A stretch of DNA of 60,273 nt, counting the filler, from Sphacelaria rigidula (Eukaryota): NCBI GenBank assembly GCA_964200075.2. It is 6 parts of 6 records of this genome, joined end to end, with 100 filler letters (N's around TTAATTAATTAA, not from the genome) between each part and the next. Parts side by side here need not be neighbours in the genome. Positions count along the whole stretch, not along the records: positions 1 to 9,963 come from CAXNAA020007403.1; positions 10,064 to 20,026 come from CAXNAA020007404.1; 4 more parts are not named here. One strand, 5' to 3'. Position numbers and translations under genes: made by a program. Below, piece after piece: positions 1 to 12,741 of the stretch. The notes under the pieces were generated by a model. That model did not search any database. It was given only the letters and a program-made list of their open reading frames with translations, and was not told where the DNA came from. The stretch's first letter is position 1. Each line of letters starts with the position of its first letter.

Positions 1-125
1 CTCTGACACACCTACGAGCCCCTGTTTTTTGTGGAATCATCCCCCCCCCCCCGCGTCCCTTCCCCGGTGATCATATGAGGAAGACAAGCAACGAGTGCGC
101 CCCCGCCCCCTATCGTAGGATCACT
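1..125 (-). mobile_element. Polypurine tract and start of a 3' LTR (gypsy-like fragment)
   Basis: Minus strand reads G-run then TGATTCCACAAAAAACAGGGGCTCGTAGG, similar to the PPT/LTR start of the gypsy element at 30190-30265; the motif ATCCTACGATAGGGGG is shared. Confidence 0.45.
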
Positions 126-435
126 CAGATCTGGATGGACACTTGTGAGAATTTTCCAATTTCTTGTGGTGATATCCACGTCACACACACCCCCGCCCCC
201 CCCATTCATAACCATCTTCGTGCGTCTTTGGTATGGAGAGGTGTGAGAAGGCACCTATTTCGCCGGCTCGCGCGCGAGCATATTTGTGCCCCTTCCTATG
301 CAAGTGTCACATTTTGCATGTTTTGGGTTGCCAAGCCAACGACGAGACTTGTCCGTGAGTTGGTCAACACCGATTCTCGATCTCCTACCAGTTTCTCTCG
401 TCCCCCACAGTCGTCACGAGTTTTTTCGTGCCCGG

Positions 436-543
436 TCAACCCTTTGACCGCGAGGGCAGTCCACCTGGGCCATGCGTATTTTATTTCAAGTGAAAATTGA
501 TGTCGATTCAACAGGTGAACAGACCTCGCGGTCGAAGGGTTAA
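436..543. mobile_element. piggyBac-like MITE (about 100 bp)
   Basis: TIRs CCCTTTGACCGCGAGG / CCTCGCGGTCGAAGGG flanked by TCAA and TTAA; the same family recurs at 41484-41593, 42800-43500 and 48140-49225. Confidence 0.7.
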
Positions 544-676
544 CACTGAACGATTTCATATATATACCGGAGGAGAGATGGGTTGATCCCTTGAGACCAC
601 GGACTCATCCCGAGGAAGGGGAGGGGTTCAAAAGTGCGGCAATAAGTAAATAAAATAAAATAAAATATCGTCACGT

Positions 677-750
677 TGGTGGGGCCGGGGTTCGAACCCC
701 GAACCTTTTACTCGGGGCGCATACGGGGCTATTTCATGATGTCACCGACA
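677..750 (-). repeat. tRNA-derived fragment (possible SINE head)
   Basis: Minus strand ends GGGGTTCGAACCCCGGCCCCACCA (B box, T-arm, CCA-like end); the 5' half does not form a cloverleaf. Confidence 0.35.
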
Positions 751-3700
751 TGAAGGAGCGCGAGACCTCGATAGACACTCGTGACAAATTCTCCTTATCT
801 ACGTGGGTACCGGAGCAAGCATGAGTTGATCCCCTGAGACGCACGGGCTCGTCCCGAAGAAGGGGAGATAGATCAAAAATGAAACGCAAAAGAAAAGAAA
901 GTCGTAGCGGTGGTATTCACGCACATGTGTGTTAACATCTTGTCTTGTTCTGGTGACCTGAGCAAGACGTCTTCGGTCGCAAGCAAGACTCCGCAGCCTT
1001 CCCTCTTCGTGTGCCCCCATGTGTACAGCAAAAACAAATCCGCCGTGATTCGTCCGTCATTCTGCCCCCGGACAACATCAACATTGTTCACTTCTCCGTT
1101 CGAATTCCGGCTGAATGCTTACCCGTCACCCCCGGACGTCAGAAAGCCGGAAGCATCTCCCCTTCCGTTATCGTAGCCCTTCACCATATCTATGCCTGTC
1201 ACCGCGCCTTCGTGCGATATCCACGCTTCGGCGGTGGCCTCCCACAGCCCGTTACGCGGATATTCATCATCTGCCCCCCGCCCTCCAATAAGACCGAGAA
1301 TCCCGCCGTCTATATCGCGGATGGAGTGCACCGTAAGCCGATTATTGACGGCGGCGTCGGTGGCGGCGGCGGAGAGGTGGGCTGATACCAGCGATCCCGA
1401 CTCGTCGTTTCTTGTGCCTGCAAAGTCGTCGCAGCATGCAAAGTAGGTCGAACAAGAATATGCTCAGGAATAAAGAACAGCACGGCGAACGCCGGACCGC
1501 CGGAAGGTGGGGAGTATAGAGCGACGCTGACCTTACTCCTTCAGCGTCCAGGTCCCTGTAGTTGGAGATGAGTTGATTGATTGCCCGGGTTCCTCGGAGA
1601 TCAGTTCATATGTGACAATCAATCTATCTATCCATCAACGCTATGGGTCATTTTCCACGCGGCAGTCTCAGAGGCCAACTATCGGAACAGCTACCAAGGA
1701 CGCTTAAAGCGCGAGAGGGAAAGCTGGGTGTTGAAGGCTGGGGGGGGACGTAAGATCCTTCTCCCCAGAAATAATTCGGAGAGCGTGGATAAGGAGCGTT
1801 GGGACGCAATGAAACGGGAAGCTGCACTTTGATGATGCAAGTTGATGAGAGAGCTCTGGACTACAGTTTCGCTTCGCTGTTTCTCTCCTTCCTCTTCTAC
1901 TCCTGTCTATTTCACTTGCATGCGGAACGGGTATTGCAGACGATACCTTCTACATGTAGATATAAATTGATACAATGAAGGAGAAAGGGTGCAACGGCGT
2001 TTGTTTTGGATTTCTATATCGCGTGCAACTACGTCGGTGGCGACGGGTCGTGTTCCACACCTGCTAATGGCAAGGATTTGGCTGCTTTTTATTTGGCTGC
2101 TGACTATCGGTAAACGTATTCATGCTCCCTTTTCCGGCTAGATCATCATGCTTTCAAAAAACCAAGCCTCGCTTCTTTGTGCCGAGTAGTGGCGGGCAGC
2201 TTGTGCGCGGTGCTGTCCTCTATTGTCCCTTCTTCACTCTACAAAGTCCATTTCTTTCCCATTGACGACTACATTTAAACGGGACGGTTAGGGCGTCTTC
2301 GCTCTCTAATGCACAATCTACGTTCTTTCTGTGCCTGTATATCTCCAATCGTTGTTGTACGCCGAGCAGTTTCTTGGCAAGTAATATATGAGTAAGGTAG
2401 GTGCACTGTGCAACAGGAGTTCCTCCCACGAGTGCGTGACTGACCTGCTGGTGATCAGCATATGATAAGATACGATCTCGATGCAAGATAGTCTGAACAT
2501 GTCCATCCGCACAGGATCATGATCCTACAGTAGTTTGCATTGCCACGTAGTTACTTCCCCTGATTCCCGGGCCATTCGGGCGGGCTCTCGAACATGCCCC
2601 GCCGGCCTTGACATGGTATACCCGATGCCAGTGTGGTCCCATGGGACTGTCAACGAAACTACTATTCCGAGACGAGGCTCTTGAACTGCGACCTGACGGG
2701 GGATGTTGGTGAAAGCGCAACAAACTCTGTGAACACACTGTCTCTGAGCGTTCGAAAACTGCTACAACGGAAGAAATGATCACCTGTGATGAGTCGTCCG
2801 GTACCCTCGACACTAGCAACGGCGCCGACAAGGCCGCCCACATTCAAATCTAACTCCTGCTCACGGAGCGACAATTCGCGGGGATTGACAAGAAGGGGGA
2901 GACATGAGCAGTAGACAATCAGGCGTGCTTTGGCTGATCTGCTGGGACTCCGTCACTGTAAGACTCCCAAGCCGAGGGTATCAGCACCAACAAGGTAAGG
3001 ATCGGAGCTAGTTCTTCCAACAACGAACGACAAGCGTCTCTCGATGACGGACTACGGCGCGCCCATGGCCTTGTGGGTATATACAGAACTAATATATTTG
3101 AGAGAAATTTTGAAATTGTCTTGGAGATATCTGCACCCGAGAGGCATACCGAGCTTATGCATTCGTGGGGAATGGCGAGAAGAGGTAACGCCAGCTGTTA
3201 TGGCCAGGCTATCTGAGATAATCCTCCGCTCTATCTCGAGCAGGACTTCGACCACACATAGCAAATGTAGTGAGCATGGCCGAGTTAGGTGCCACAGATC
3301 ATCAAGGCGTTCGCGCGCAGATACATTGCGCAGAGCAATAACGACCGCAAAACATGTTGCCCATACATTTTACCTCGAGGACATCCGGGCCTGCCTTAGA
3401 ACTCTGCATCCTGAACGAAATCAACAACGCACCCTCCTTTCCTTCTCCACTGCGGGCAAATTCCACCAGCGATCATGCCTTGCTTGATGTCCCTCCAGCA
3501 CTTGACCTGGATACCACTCTAGCCTTGACCATTTCAGACCCGCGATGGTCGGGGTAGAAACGGGTTCTACATGGCAACAATTTTACCCCCTCGTGCGGTG
3601 AGAGAAGCTCGTTCAAGTTTATCTAAATAAATTTATGCACTATCGCTCACTGTAATAAGCCTGTGGTAACTACGGAAAACGCAGCAAAACAAAGTCGCAT

Positions 3701-5219
3701 GCAACAAAATGCACGCTTGATCGATGAAATATGACTACCTTGTGGTGTTGTATGTTTATTTTAAGATCCAGATGACGTGTCCATGTAGTGTTGCACATCT
3801 CACAGCACTTTATTAACTCAAAGCGACGAATCAAAGCAAGGAAGAGAAAAGCAATGGTTTCTGCCGTGCGAGTTCGAAGCCTGGTGATGGTATCATGTCT
3901 CACGTCAGCGGCGTCTTTTATTACCGGAGGTGGTGGATTTCTTGCACGGGGGTGAGTGAGGTATCTCAAGGCGTACATGCATTTGCTCAAACGATACTGT
4001 ACGCGAATCATTCGTCGAGTTTAGGGGCCTTTGGATCACGGACTACAGCAGAGTGCATCCCACTGTACTAGAGCGGAGCCATTCGTGTATTGCAGCCATG
4101 TTGACAGCTGCTAGCATGGTGCGTTACTCCAGATAAAGTGAGTGACATATTCTACAGTAGTCACCAAGCTCTGGTATTGCAACAGCGGTCGATAAATCTT
4201 GATGGGCTGGAAATACAACACGTGTTTCCGTGCTGTGCAATACACTACTGTACAGCAGTACGTACAAACGTGCGGTTCATGTTTGTTTTTGAAAGTTCAA
4301 AAGCACACGCTCACAAGGATGGATCCAGACGAAGAGGTGTGACGGGCCGCCACCATTCATCCTTCGCGTGTGCTGCGATGCTTCTCTGGCTGGCTGTTCA
4401 CTCCGTGACCTTACTGAGCTAAGTGCAGGAATACGATTGCACACTTGTTACAGATTTTGCTGGTACTACTGTAGTGCACACGATTTTCCTCGAACGGTCA
4501 GGTACAGCATCCGAACCCTGAAATCCTCTTTACATAAACCGTCTTTTCCAGAAGATTTCGAGGTTTCGGACCCACACCAGTGTGCCCGCCTGCCTACTCT
4601 ACCTGTATACGAGGCCCTCAAGGGCAAACTCAAGCCATATGCCGTGTCGTGGCATCTGCACGCTTGTACAACTCTACTGTACTGTGCAGCCCTGTGCCTC
4701 TTTGCTTCACAGTACCTTCGCTGTATTGTCTCCAACAGGCTGTACTGTACCGTGCGCGTCTCAGCGAACTGTACCGAACTGCTGTCCGGGACGCCTGTAC
4801 GAGAAACTTCGTTCATTGGTCCAGTATGCCACCGTCAGAGCTCTGTTGTATTCGACCTTGCCGCGAACTACTATTTATAGCTTGCGTTTTGACGCTGCCC
4901 CACGGCGCTCAACGAGGCTTGCAGTGCACAATAGCCGAGTCTTTTCGAAGAAGGCCTAGACCTTTCACCGCGACTTTCACGCGTGGTCTGCCGCGCCGTT
5001 GGCTGCGGCACTACCCTGGACAAAGATTACATCGGGAAAAAGTGTATTGCGTACATTGTTTTGTGCCGACATTATTTTTTTTCCAGGGTGTGCATTATTT
5101 TCCTTCCTTCTTAGCAGGGTTACTGTAGATCGCAATGCCCCCAAAAGCCACCGAGGCTTCCTGCAGTGTCGATCAAGATATAAAAAGGGTACTCCTCTTC
5201 GTCTGCACCGTTGGACTTA

Positions 5220-5292
5220 GGGGATGTAGCTCAAATGGTAGAGCGGTCGCTTAGCATGCGACAGGTAGTGGGATCAATGCCCACCATCTCCA
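5220..5292 (+). tRNA. trnA-AGC: tRNA-Ala (anticodon AGC)
   Basis: Acceptor GGGGATG/CATCTCC plus discriminator A, D-arm GCTC..GAGC, anticodon stem GTCGC/GCGAC with loop TT-AGC-AT, T-arm GTGGG-ATCAATG-CCCAC; upstream TATAAAAA (5179-5186) and downstream T5. Confidence 0.95.
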
Positions 5293-5297
5293 CATAC

Positions 5298-5302
5298 TTT
5301 TT
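5298..5302 (+). terminator. Pol III oligo-T terminator of tRNA-Ala
   Basis: TTTTT 5 nt after the tRNA 3' end. Confidence 0.7.
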
Positions 5303-5599
5303 GCCGACGCCTCGCTGCGGTCTATTGGTACAAAACAACTGACTCTTTTAGGGTGTAAAGAACGGGGCCTCACTTCCGGCTAGATGCGCTTGTTCTTTTT
5401 GCTTGAAAGTTTATGGCTTTCATGGTTGAAAGCGTGAGGACGTACGTGAGTAAAGGCGTTTCCCCAGTATGGTTCGCACCCTCGTTCGTATGCGATTATA
5501 GTATAGAAAAGTTCGGTATGAGCATGTGAGTAGCGAGAAGATTTTGTTTCACTGACTTTGTATTGACGAGATTTGACGCCGTGCGGGAGTGCTGGTCCA

Positions 5600-8500
5600 A
5601 TCTTGGAACCAAAAGGCGAGGCGGGTACTGGGGGAGAGATGAGATACAAGTGTGACGGAAAAAATGTACTGTCGCATCCTTCAGATCGTAGACGGGCGAG
5701 AGATGGCGCTTGCAGTTGCCTGCTGGAAGCGTACATCTGGATACCCCCCCCCCTCCCGAGCAAAGGGCAGGTCACCGGATGATATCATTGAGCGATACGG
5801 GGACGTCAATAATAACACGAATGAGGTAGAAATGCTCTAGTTACTTGAGAATAACGAGATGAAGATGCTGAACGAAAGAGCACAGAACCCAGAGGCGCAA
5901 GGGAAATGGGCTAGAAAATGCAAAGACGAGAGAGAACCCTCCGTCTTCGACTAAATAGTGGTGGAGCATGGAAATAGAAAAAAATGGAAGTACATGTATG
6001 CGCGGAGGACGTGAGAACTACATATCATTGCCTACTATTGACAAAAAGCCAACGGACGAGAGCTCAAAGAAATGGGCGGGGTAGGAAGTTGTACAAATGG
6101 AGAATCGATAAACTATAAATGGAAGGGAAACAACAAGAGTTCCAAGAAGAGATGGCCGAATATGTAGTAAAATTTTCCGAGGTGTTAAAACGCGTAGGTA
6201 CACTCGATACTCGTACCAAAATTGAAAGGGATCGGGCAGGAGCGAAGATTATAGAAATAATGGGAGCAGTTGGTCAAGAACACAGCGAGTAAAGTCATGG
6301 GGAAGAAACTGATCGTATGCAACAGAGCAGTAAAATGGTGTGATGAGGGAGTAAAAGAGGCTGTACAAGTAAGGAGAGTGGCCCACGCGAGATGGATGTC
6401 GACCAAAAGTACGGGAGGGTGGGAAGAGTGTTGTCAAGCCCGAAAGGAAGTGAGAAAGATGGCACAGAAGAAAAAGAAGGAAGTATGGACAGATATAGTG
6501 AGTGAAAGAAATGAAGATTTCGATGGCGGGCTGGAACAAATGCGGGTACGGATAAAAGGGATCATGGGAAACCAGCAAGAAAAGATGGACAAGGAGATAG
6601 CCACTCTCCGGACACAAAACGGTAAAATGGACCGGAGTTCGAAGAGAAAGAAAGGAGAGCTACGGTATTATATTAGTAGAGCGCTACCGTAAACTAGGGA
6701 CCAAAAATTAACACGTAGTTCGACACGGAAGTCGAAGAAGGAATGAACGTGGGCAGAGGGCAATGTAGACGCGTCAAAACTGTAGGATCGTGGATCCTAA
6801 GAATTGAAGAGAGAATTTACCAGAGATGAAGTAAAGGGGTGCGTGCCTAAACACAAGAACAGAAGGGCAGCAGCGTTGGACGAAATAGTGAAGAAAAATC
6901 TCAAGTGCGGAGCAGAGGGGATGATTACCATGATGGTGACGCTGTATAACTGGATCTGGGAAAACGAGTACACACCCAAGAGGTTGAGAGAAGGAGTAGT
7001 AGTCAACCTTTCAAGAAAGGAGGCGAGGCTAACCCTGTATGATTTGTAATTATTGAGGGATAACGCTACTGAGCACGGTAGGGAAATCAGTATGTAGGAT
7101 TCTGAACGATAGAGTAGGAACGATGGTATCGATAGATCAGGAAGAAGAAACCATTGAAAAGACAGTAAATTTTAGACCAAACCGTAGTTGCGTGGACCAT
7201 GTGTACACATGAGGTAATATTCTCAAGGTAGGAAAGACGCCGGGCTGACAGCGTACTGTTTCTTGCTGGACGTGCAAAAGGCTTGCGACACAGTATGGAG
7301 AATGGGATGTGGAAGAAGTTGTGGGAAGCTGGGATCAGAGAAGAGATCTGGATAATTGTGAAGATGACAAAATGCCAAAAATGGCCAAAAGTGCTACGCT
7401 TGACGGGGAAATATCGAAATATTTCGATATTCTACAAGGAGTTATACAAAAACGTACGTCATCATCCAGTCTATTCAAGGTATTTATTGATGACTTGATA
7501 CTAGCGACAGAAGGAGAAAAGCAAGGAGTTGAGGTAGGTGAAGATGTGATATCAGGTTTGCTATTCGCAGATGGTCTTGTGGGAATTTCAGGAACGGCAC
7601 AATCGTTGCAGAAAGAGAGAAGGCCCTAGAATACACTAAAACATGGAGAGTGACGGCGAACGTTAACAAATGAGCGGTACTCATCTGTAACGAAGATGAG
7701 AAAAATCCGGTAGAGTTCAAATGAAAGTTGGGAGAAGGAGAACTGCCGATCGTGGAACAGAATAAATACTCGAGTGTAGATATCAAAATAAAATAAAAAC
7801 TGATGTAGGGATGCACGCGTAGATGAAGTGATAAAAGAGAGTAATGCACAGATGGGAAGGATGGACGAGATCCTCAGAGACACTAGGATTAAGAGATGTA
7901 TCCTGATGAACGTCATCGTACCAAAGCTGGAATATGCAGGAGAAGTATGGGAGGGAAACGTGAAGTTGAAGAAGTTGGAAACAGTACAGATGGCAGCAGC
8001 TAAGAAGATACTTGGATGCTCGAAAACGACGACTAATACAGCACTGAGAGCAGAGTTGGGAGTGTACCTGCTCAAAACATACAGAGACACGCAAAACTTG
8101 AGGTGGCAATGCAGCGTTGAGAACATATAGAGAAGAAGATTGCCAGCTATAGTTGACACGGCTGTATGGGAGACAATTGCGAAAGGGAAGGCTGAAATAA
8201 GATAAGATGGAGAAGTCGACAAAGTGTGGAAGGAAATTGGACGAAATCAAGACGAAATACTGTCCATAGATGAAGGTGCGGGGTACAAGACGAAAGTAAG
8301 GGGCATGGTAGAAATAAGGGAAACAGGAGCGCTCGGACGCCAAGAAGACGACAAAGAACACCTCAAGATATACGGGGGGTCGAGAGAGGGGTAGGGATCA
8401 ATGCATCTGCATGGCCTAATGGATCCGGCAAAAATCTGAAACTGCGAGCTCGGGTGGGGGACCTGGACCGGTCAGAAAGAAGAAGGAGATATACCAGTCA

Positions 8501-8900
8501 TGGTGTGCAAAAGGAAGTAGATGGACAGAATTGCCTCTGTGGCAAAGCAATAGAAAGCAGAAGTCATATGGTTGCAGAATGTGAACTATACAAGGAGGAA
8601 CGGGACATGCTAGAGGAGGAAAAGCGGGGCGTGAACGAAGGTGGCATGAAATCGTTTGATGCATTAGACAGTGGGGAGAAAATAGTGGCTATGCTAGGCG
8701 ATATCTGGTGGCCACAGACGGCGAAACATGATGGGGATAAGACTTGTAAGAGGTTCTTGTGCAATCTATGGAAGAAACATGATGAACGCCGGAGTGTTGG
8801 AGGTGTCTCCATTAGAAGTAGGGATAGTGGTCCATCTCGAAAGGGATGCGTGGTCAATGGTGAAACGAGTAAGGCAAGTAGCAAATGAGTACCCCCCCCC
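5600..8900 (+). mobile_element. Decayed non-LTR retrotransposon (LINE) with APE remnant, reverse transcriptase and C-terminal CCHC
   Basis: Broken ORFs give EFTRDEVK..LYNWIWENEYTPKRLREGVVV, GITLLSTVGK, FRPNRSCVDH, LDVQKACDTV, QGVIQ..LFKVFIDDL, LLFADG (FADD-type motif) and CLCGKAIESRSHMVAEC; many stops and frameshifts; boundaries approximate. Confidence 0.9.
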
Positions 8901-9135
8901 CACCCTCCCGAGCACGCGTCCCCGTCCCCACAAGGTGGAACGTCGAACTGAGCGAGATTTCAGGTATTTACTTCTACTGCATATTATGTATATATATCCA
9001 GACACGCTATCACGAGATCATCTCCATGTAAAAGCAAAATATGTCGTCAAGAGCATCATCATATACGGCAAAGTTGGCGTTGATTAGACCCACATTACGC
9101 CAACCTTCCCCCGTCATGTGCCGAGAACTCCGAGT

Positions 9136-9372
9136 ATGATGCCCTTGTCGTGCGCACATAACCCCTCTCGCAGATCCCGACACGCGGTCAGTCGCAGACG
9201 GTGCCGATCGCCGTTAATGTGTACGGCCGACGCCGCAGGAGGAGTGGGGGAACAAGAGGACCCAGATGATGTCGTGGACGAAGACGCTATCGGCGTTGCG
9301 AAGATGAGGGCTAGCGAAATCAAGGCGGAGCTGGATATGCGTGGCATTGACTACAAGGGAATTTTCGAGAAG
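9136..9372 (+). CDS. Exon of a host gene with a SAP/ARMET-C-like helical motif (partial gene)
   Basis: MRASEIKAELDMRGIDYKGIFEK matches the LxxKELKxxLxxRGVDYxGxxEK motif; ends at a donor-like GAAG|GTGCAG (GT 9373-9374); Arg/Ser-rich N-terminus; true start uncertain. Confidence 0.6.
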
Positions 9373-9892
9373 GTGCAGTGGCGTACAGTATTACCAACGT
9401 ATGCCCGCCACTGGCTCCCTGCTTGTTTTGAACCGTTTGCATCCATGGTCAACGGTTGTACCAGCGGAGCAATGGCCACCACAGTGTGCGTTTCGGTGCA
9501 AGTGTAATCTCGCCACAGTATCGCCTCACTAGAGCCGAACACTGCACACAGGCGACCCCCACGAGTTGGGCCAGCCTAGAAGCGAATTCGTAGTCTGCAG
9601 GCCCATTCTCCCTTGAATATTTGAAGTTGGCCCCTGACATTTGGTATGGACAATGAAAAGGGCATAATAAAAAGAATGTCAGTGGACATTTTTTTTTGTC
9701 ATGATTCAACGGCGTTTTACTGAGACCTGAAAAGTGATGATAATTATAGCCTCGAACTTATGAAAACAATCTTTGAAACAATATATATATATATATACTT
9801 CGTATATACTATGCCCTATTCATCTTCAGTACCAAATTTCAGGAGCCAACTCTAGAAATTGGAGGGAAAATGGGCCGTCTAGTGACCACTGC

Positions 9893-9963
9893 CGGTCACC
9901 GCGGTGGCTCAGTTGGTAACCTCGTAACCTTCTGACGGTTGAGTAGTGGGGTTCAATTCCCGG
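9893..9963 (+). mobile_element. tRNA-derived SINE head (copy 1, cut by contig end)
   Basis: A box TGGCTCAGTTGG, B box GGTTCAATTCC; near-identical to 19955-20026 and 50313-50395. Confidence 0.75.
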
Positions 9964-10063
9964 NNNNNNNNNNNNNNNNNNNNNNNNNNNNNNNNNNNNN
10001 NNNNNNNTTAATTAATTAANNNNNNNNNNNNNNNNNNNNNNNNNNNNNNNNNNNNNNNNNNNN
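9964..10063. other. Artificial contig linker (N44-TTAATTAATTAA-N44)
   Basis: Exactly 100 bp with a six-frame stop cassette; identical at five places about 10 kb apart. Confidence 0.98.
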
Positions 10064-12109
10064 CCCCCCAGGGGTCATGGTCCAGCCGTGGTCTCATGAT
10101 AGACGTACCCAACAAAAACGAAACTGAAAACACGCTCCTAAGCTAGAGCCGACAAACTCTGTTTCACGGTCAATAACACCCTCCTGATAAACGGGGTATT
10201 TACTCGTATCGCCCGATAACACCAACTAACACTGACTTGGGCACTGCGTTTCGAGAATGATCTGTTTATTGTACCAGAATTGACCGACACTGGCAATTTC
10301 GAGTTCAGTCGAAGAGTAGTACGCGGGGAAAACCCCCAAAACACCCCTGAATGGTTAGACCGCCCACTACTGTAAATGCCAAACATTTACGTGTTCATGA
10401 AAAAGGCGCTTTGTGCTGCGAGAAAAGAGCTTTTCTGAACACCTAGAGTGGCAGAGCCCACCTAGAGTGGCAGAGTCCAACTCAGTCTACCTGCGGGGGG
10501 CTCGCCGTCTAAGGGTTAAAGGCAACAACCAATATGCAGCTTTTAGGAAAATGTCCGTGAACTCAGACGGGAAAAAAGAGAAGAAAACTCCTGACCCGAT
10601 GCACTTATTTTCAATATGCCCTGGTAATTTTCAATGCTAAATTTGGAAGTTCAACTCTCGAAATTGTGGTGAGAACGGGCCGACAACTTGCAGATCCGCT
10701 TCCAGGCTGGCCCAGCTAATGATACTCACATTTCCGTCAACTGAAACGAGAAATATGTAGACGACAGTGCAGTACACAAGACAAGACAACCGCCGCACCA
10801 CGACATATTTTACCGAAACAGACAACACAACACATGAGACAGCAGAACACTGACAACAACAGGGAGCTTGTCGACTGACCTGATCGAAGTACTCCCGATC
10901 AGCCTAGCTCGCATCGCGAGCTCACCCCGACTCACACTCATTAGCCCTGCTGTTGCCTACACCGACCCACTTTCCCCCAGTCATGTTTATCAGCCGCCTG
11001 CCGCCGCCCTCCTCGGGACAGTCGTGGCAGCTGTACGGTAGCAATATCGACAGTACAAGCGATCATTCAAGCGATCAAAGTCCTCATAGTCACCCAAGCA
11101 CGTGAGAACACAGAGACCATGGTTGCGATGTCGCGGCGGGCCAGCGCTTCTCGTAGTAGTGGTGTTGATAGTGGTACTGTAGTGGTGTTGATAGTGGTAT
11201 TCAAAATCCGCACAGTACGGTGCTCGATTTCTCATGAAGGCTCATGTTCACGCGGCCTGTCCTATCTTGCCGTGTCCTTTCTTGGTATGTTGTTTCTAGA
11301 TTTGCGGCGTTTACTTTGTGTGCGTGCATTGCCTAGTTTCGACTGAAAGAGCGTGACCCGACGCACTAAGAGTGCGGCAGCTGGGACATGATACGGTGCA
11401 CCCCAGGTCCACGAGGGCTCGAGCTGTGGTGAATGACAAAGGGCGTACAGTAGAGGGCTCGGGTTGTCATGTTTCGTCATTCACCATGACCCGGCCACGG
11501 CTATATCCGTACAGTGTACGCCAAGGATTTATTTATATACATATATATATAACGAAATAGACGCCTCCGCGAGAAACGGTGGATGATGGCAAATATCGTA
11601 ATTTCGCCCCGAGCTTCTGCACACCTTGTGCATGCAGCTGCGGACCTGAAAGCATCGCCCAAGTGGAAGGAGTGGGCTCGAAGACGATCGCGGTGTGTTT
11701 ATATACTGACAAGCAGTTCCTCTCGCAAGTTGCATCGATAATGGTGCTGTCTGCTTCGAGCATTTGCAGAATCCATGCAGCCTGGGCGAACAACTCCCCC
11801 CCCGTTAATGGTCACACGACCAAGGCAAGCAACGAATGAAAAGCTCCCCCCACCGTCAAACCTCACCGCCGGTGTCATGGCAGAGCACGGCGCTCGCATG
11901 ACGCCACCGGCAGAGACGAGGAGCGTGTCACACCATCTAGAGAGGTCAATATTTCCATAGCAAAAGGTTGTGTTGAAAATCCATCCATGCCGTAACTCAA
12001 ACGACGTGACTGAAGTTTGAAAAAGTTTAAAGCTTTTATTCGCACCAGTGCATGGGCCATCTGCACTGCCGTGTACTGCACCGACAGCACGTAGCAGCAA
12101 AATAGGGCA

Positions 12110-12240
12110 CACCACACCACAGCGCAGCGCAGCGCAGCACAGTATAATTTAAGATAGTACATACAGTACAGCACAGCACAGCACAGCACAGCACAGCACA
12201 GCACAGTGTGGTGTAGTACAGTACAATACAGTACAGCAAA
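12110..12240. repeat. (CAGCA/CAGCG/CAGTA)n pentamer microsatellite
   Basis: Direct reading; causes the spurious VLCCA-repeat ORFs. Confidence 0.9.
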
Positions 12241-12317
12241 GTTCAGTGCAGTATAGAGCATTGTGCTGCCGGTGAAGTATATAGTGATAGCTTTGTGCTG
12301 AAGGGCGTTCACAGCAA

Positions 12318-12741
12318 GAAACAGGCAATTCTGAAAAACGAGGTGGTACGATGAAATGAGGTTCAAGCCCAAAACAGTGCTTTCTCCACACTTTGAGCAA
12401 TGGTGCCCGATGACCTTTTTGTCAGCCTAATACCCCTTGATCGCGTAGGGACTTCTTCAGCGCATTATGCCGACTCTGTGAGCATGCACAGCGCTGACCG
12501 CAACCGTGATTTTCCCTGATGTTTTCAGGGGGGGTGATATCAGGGGAAGCGACGGTTGCGGTCAGCGCTGTATATGCTCACAGAGTCGGTAAAATGCGCT
12601 GAATGAGTACCTACGCGACCAAGGGGCATTAGGCTGACAAAAAGGTCATCGGACACCATCGCTGAAAGTGTGGGGAAAGCACTGTCTTGGGCTTGAACCT
12701 CATTTCATCGTATAACCTCATTTTAACGAATCGCCTGTTTC
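12318..12741. repeat. Long imperfect inverted repeat (hairpin, arms about 200 bp)
   Basis: GAAACAGGC..GATGAAATGAGGTTCAAGCCCAA..CAGCGCTGACCGCAACCG..CCCTG mirrored by CAGGG..CGGTTGCGGTCAGCGCTG..TTGGGCTTGAACCTCATTTCATC..GCCTGTTTC; spacer about 20 bp. Confidence 0.92.

Noticed and set aside
2200-5130. Several ORFs of 100-180 aa
   Set aside because: No recognisable motifs or consistent splice structure; part is TACTG-rich low complexity
11875-12400. Cys-rich VLCCA-repeat ORFs
   Set aside because: Translation of a pentamer microsatellite
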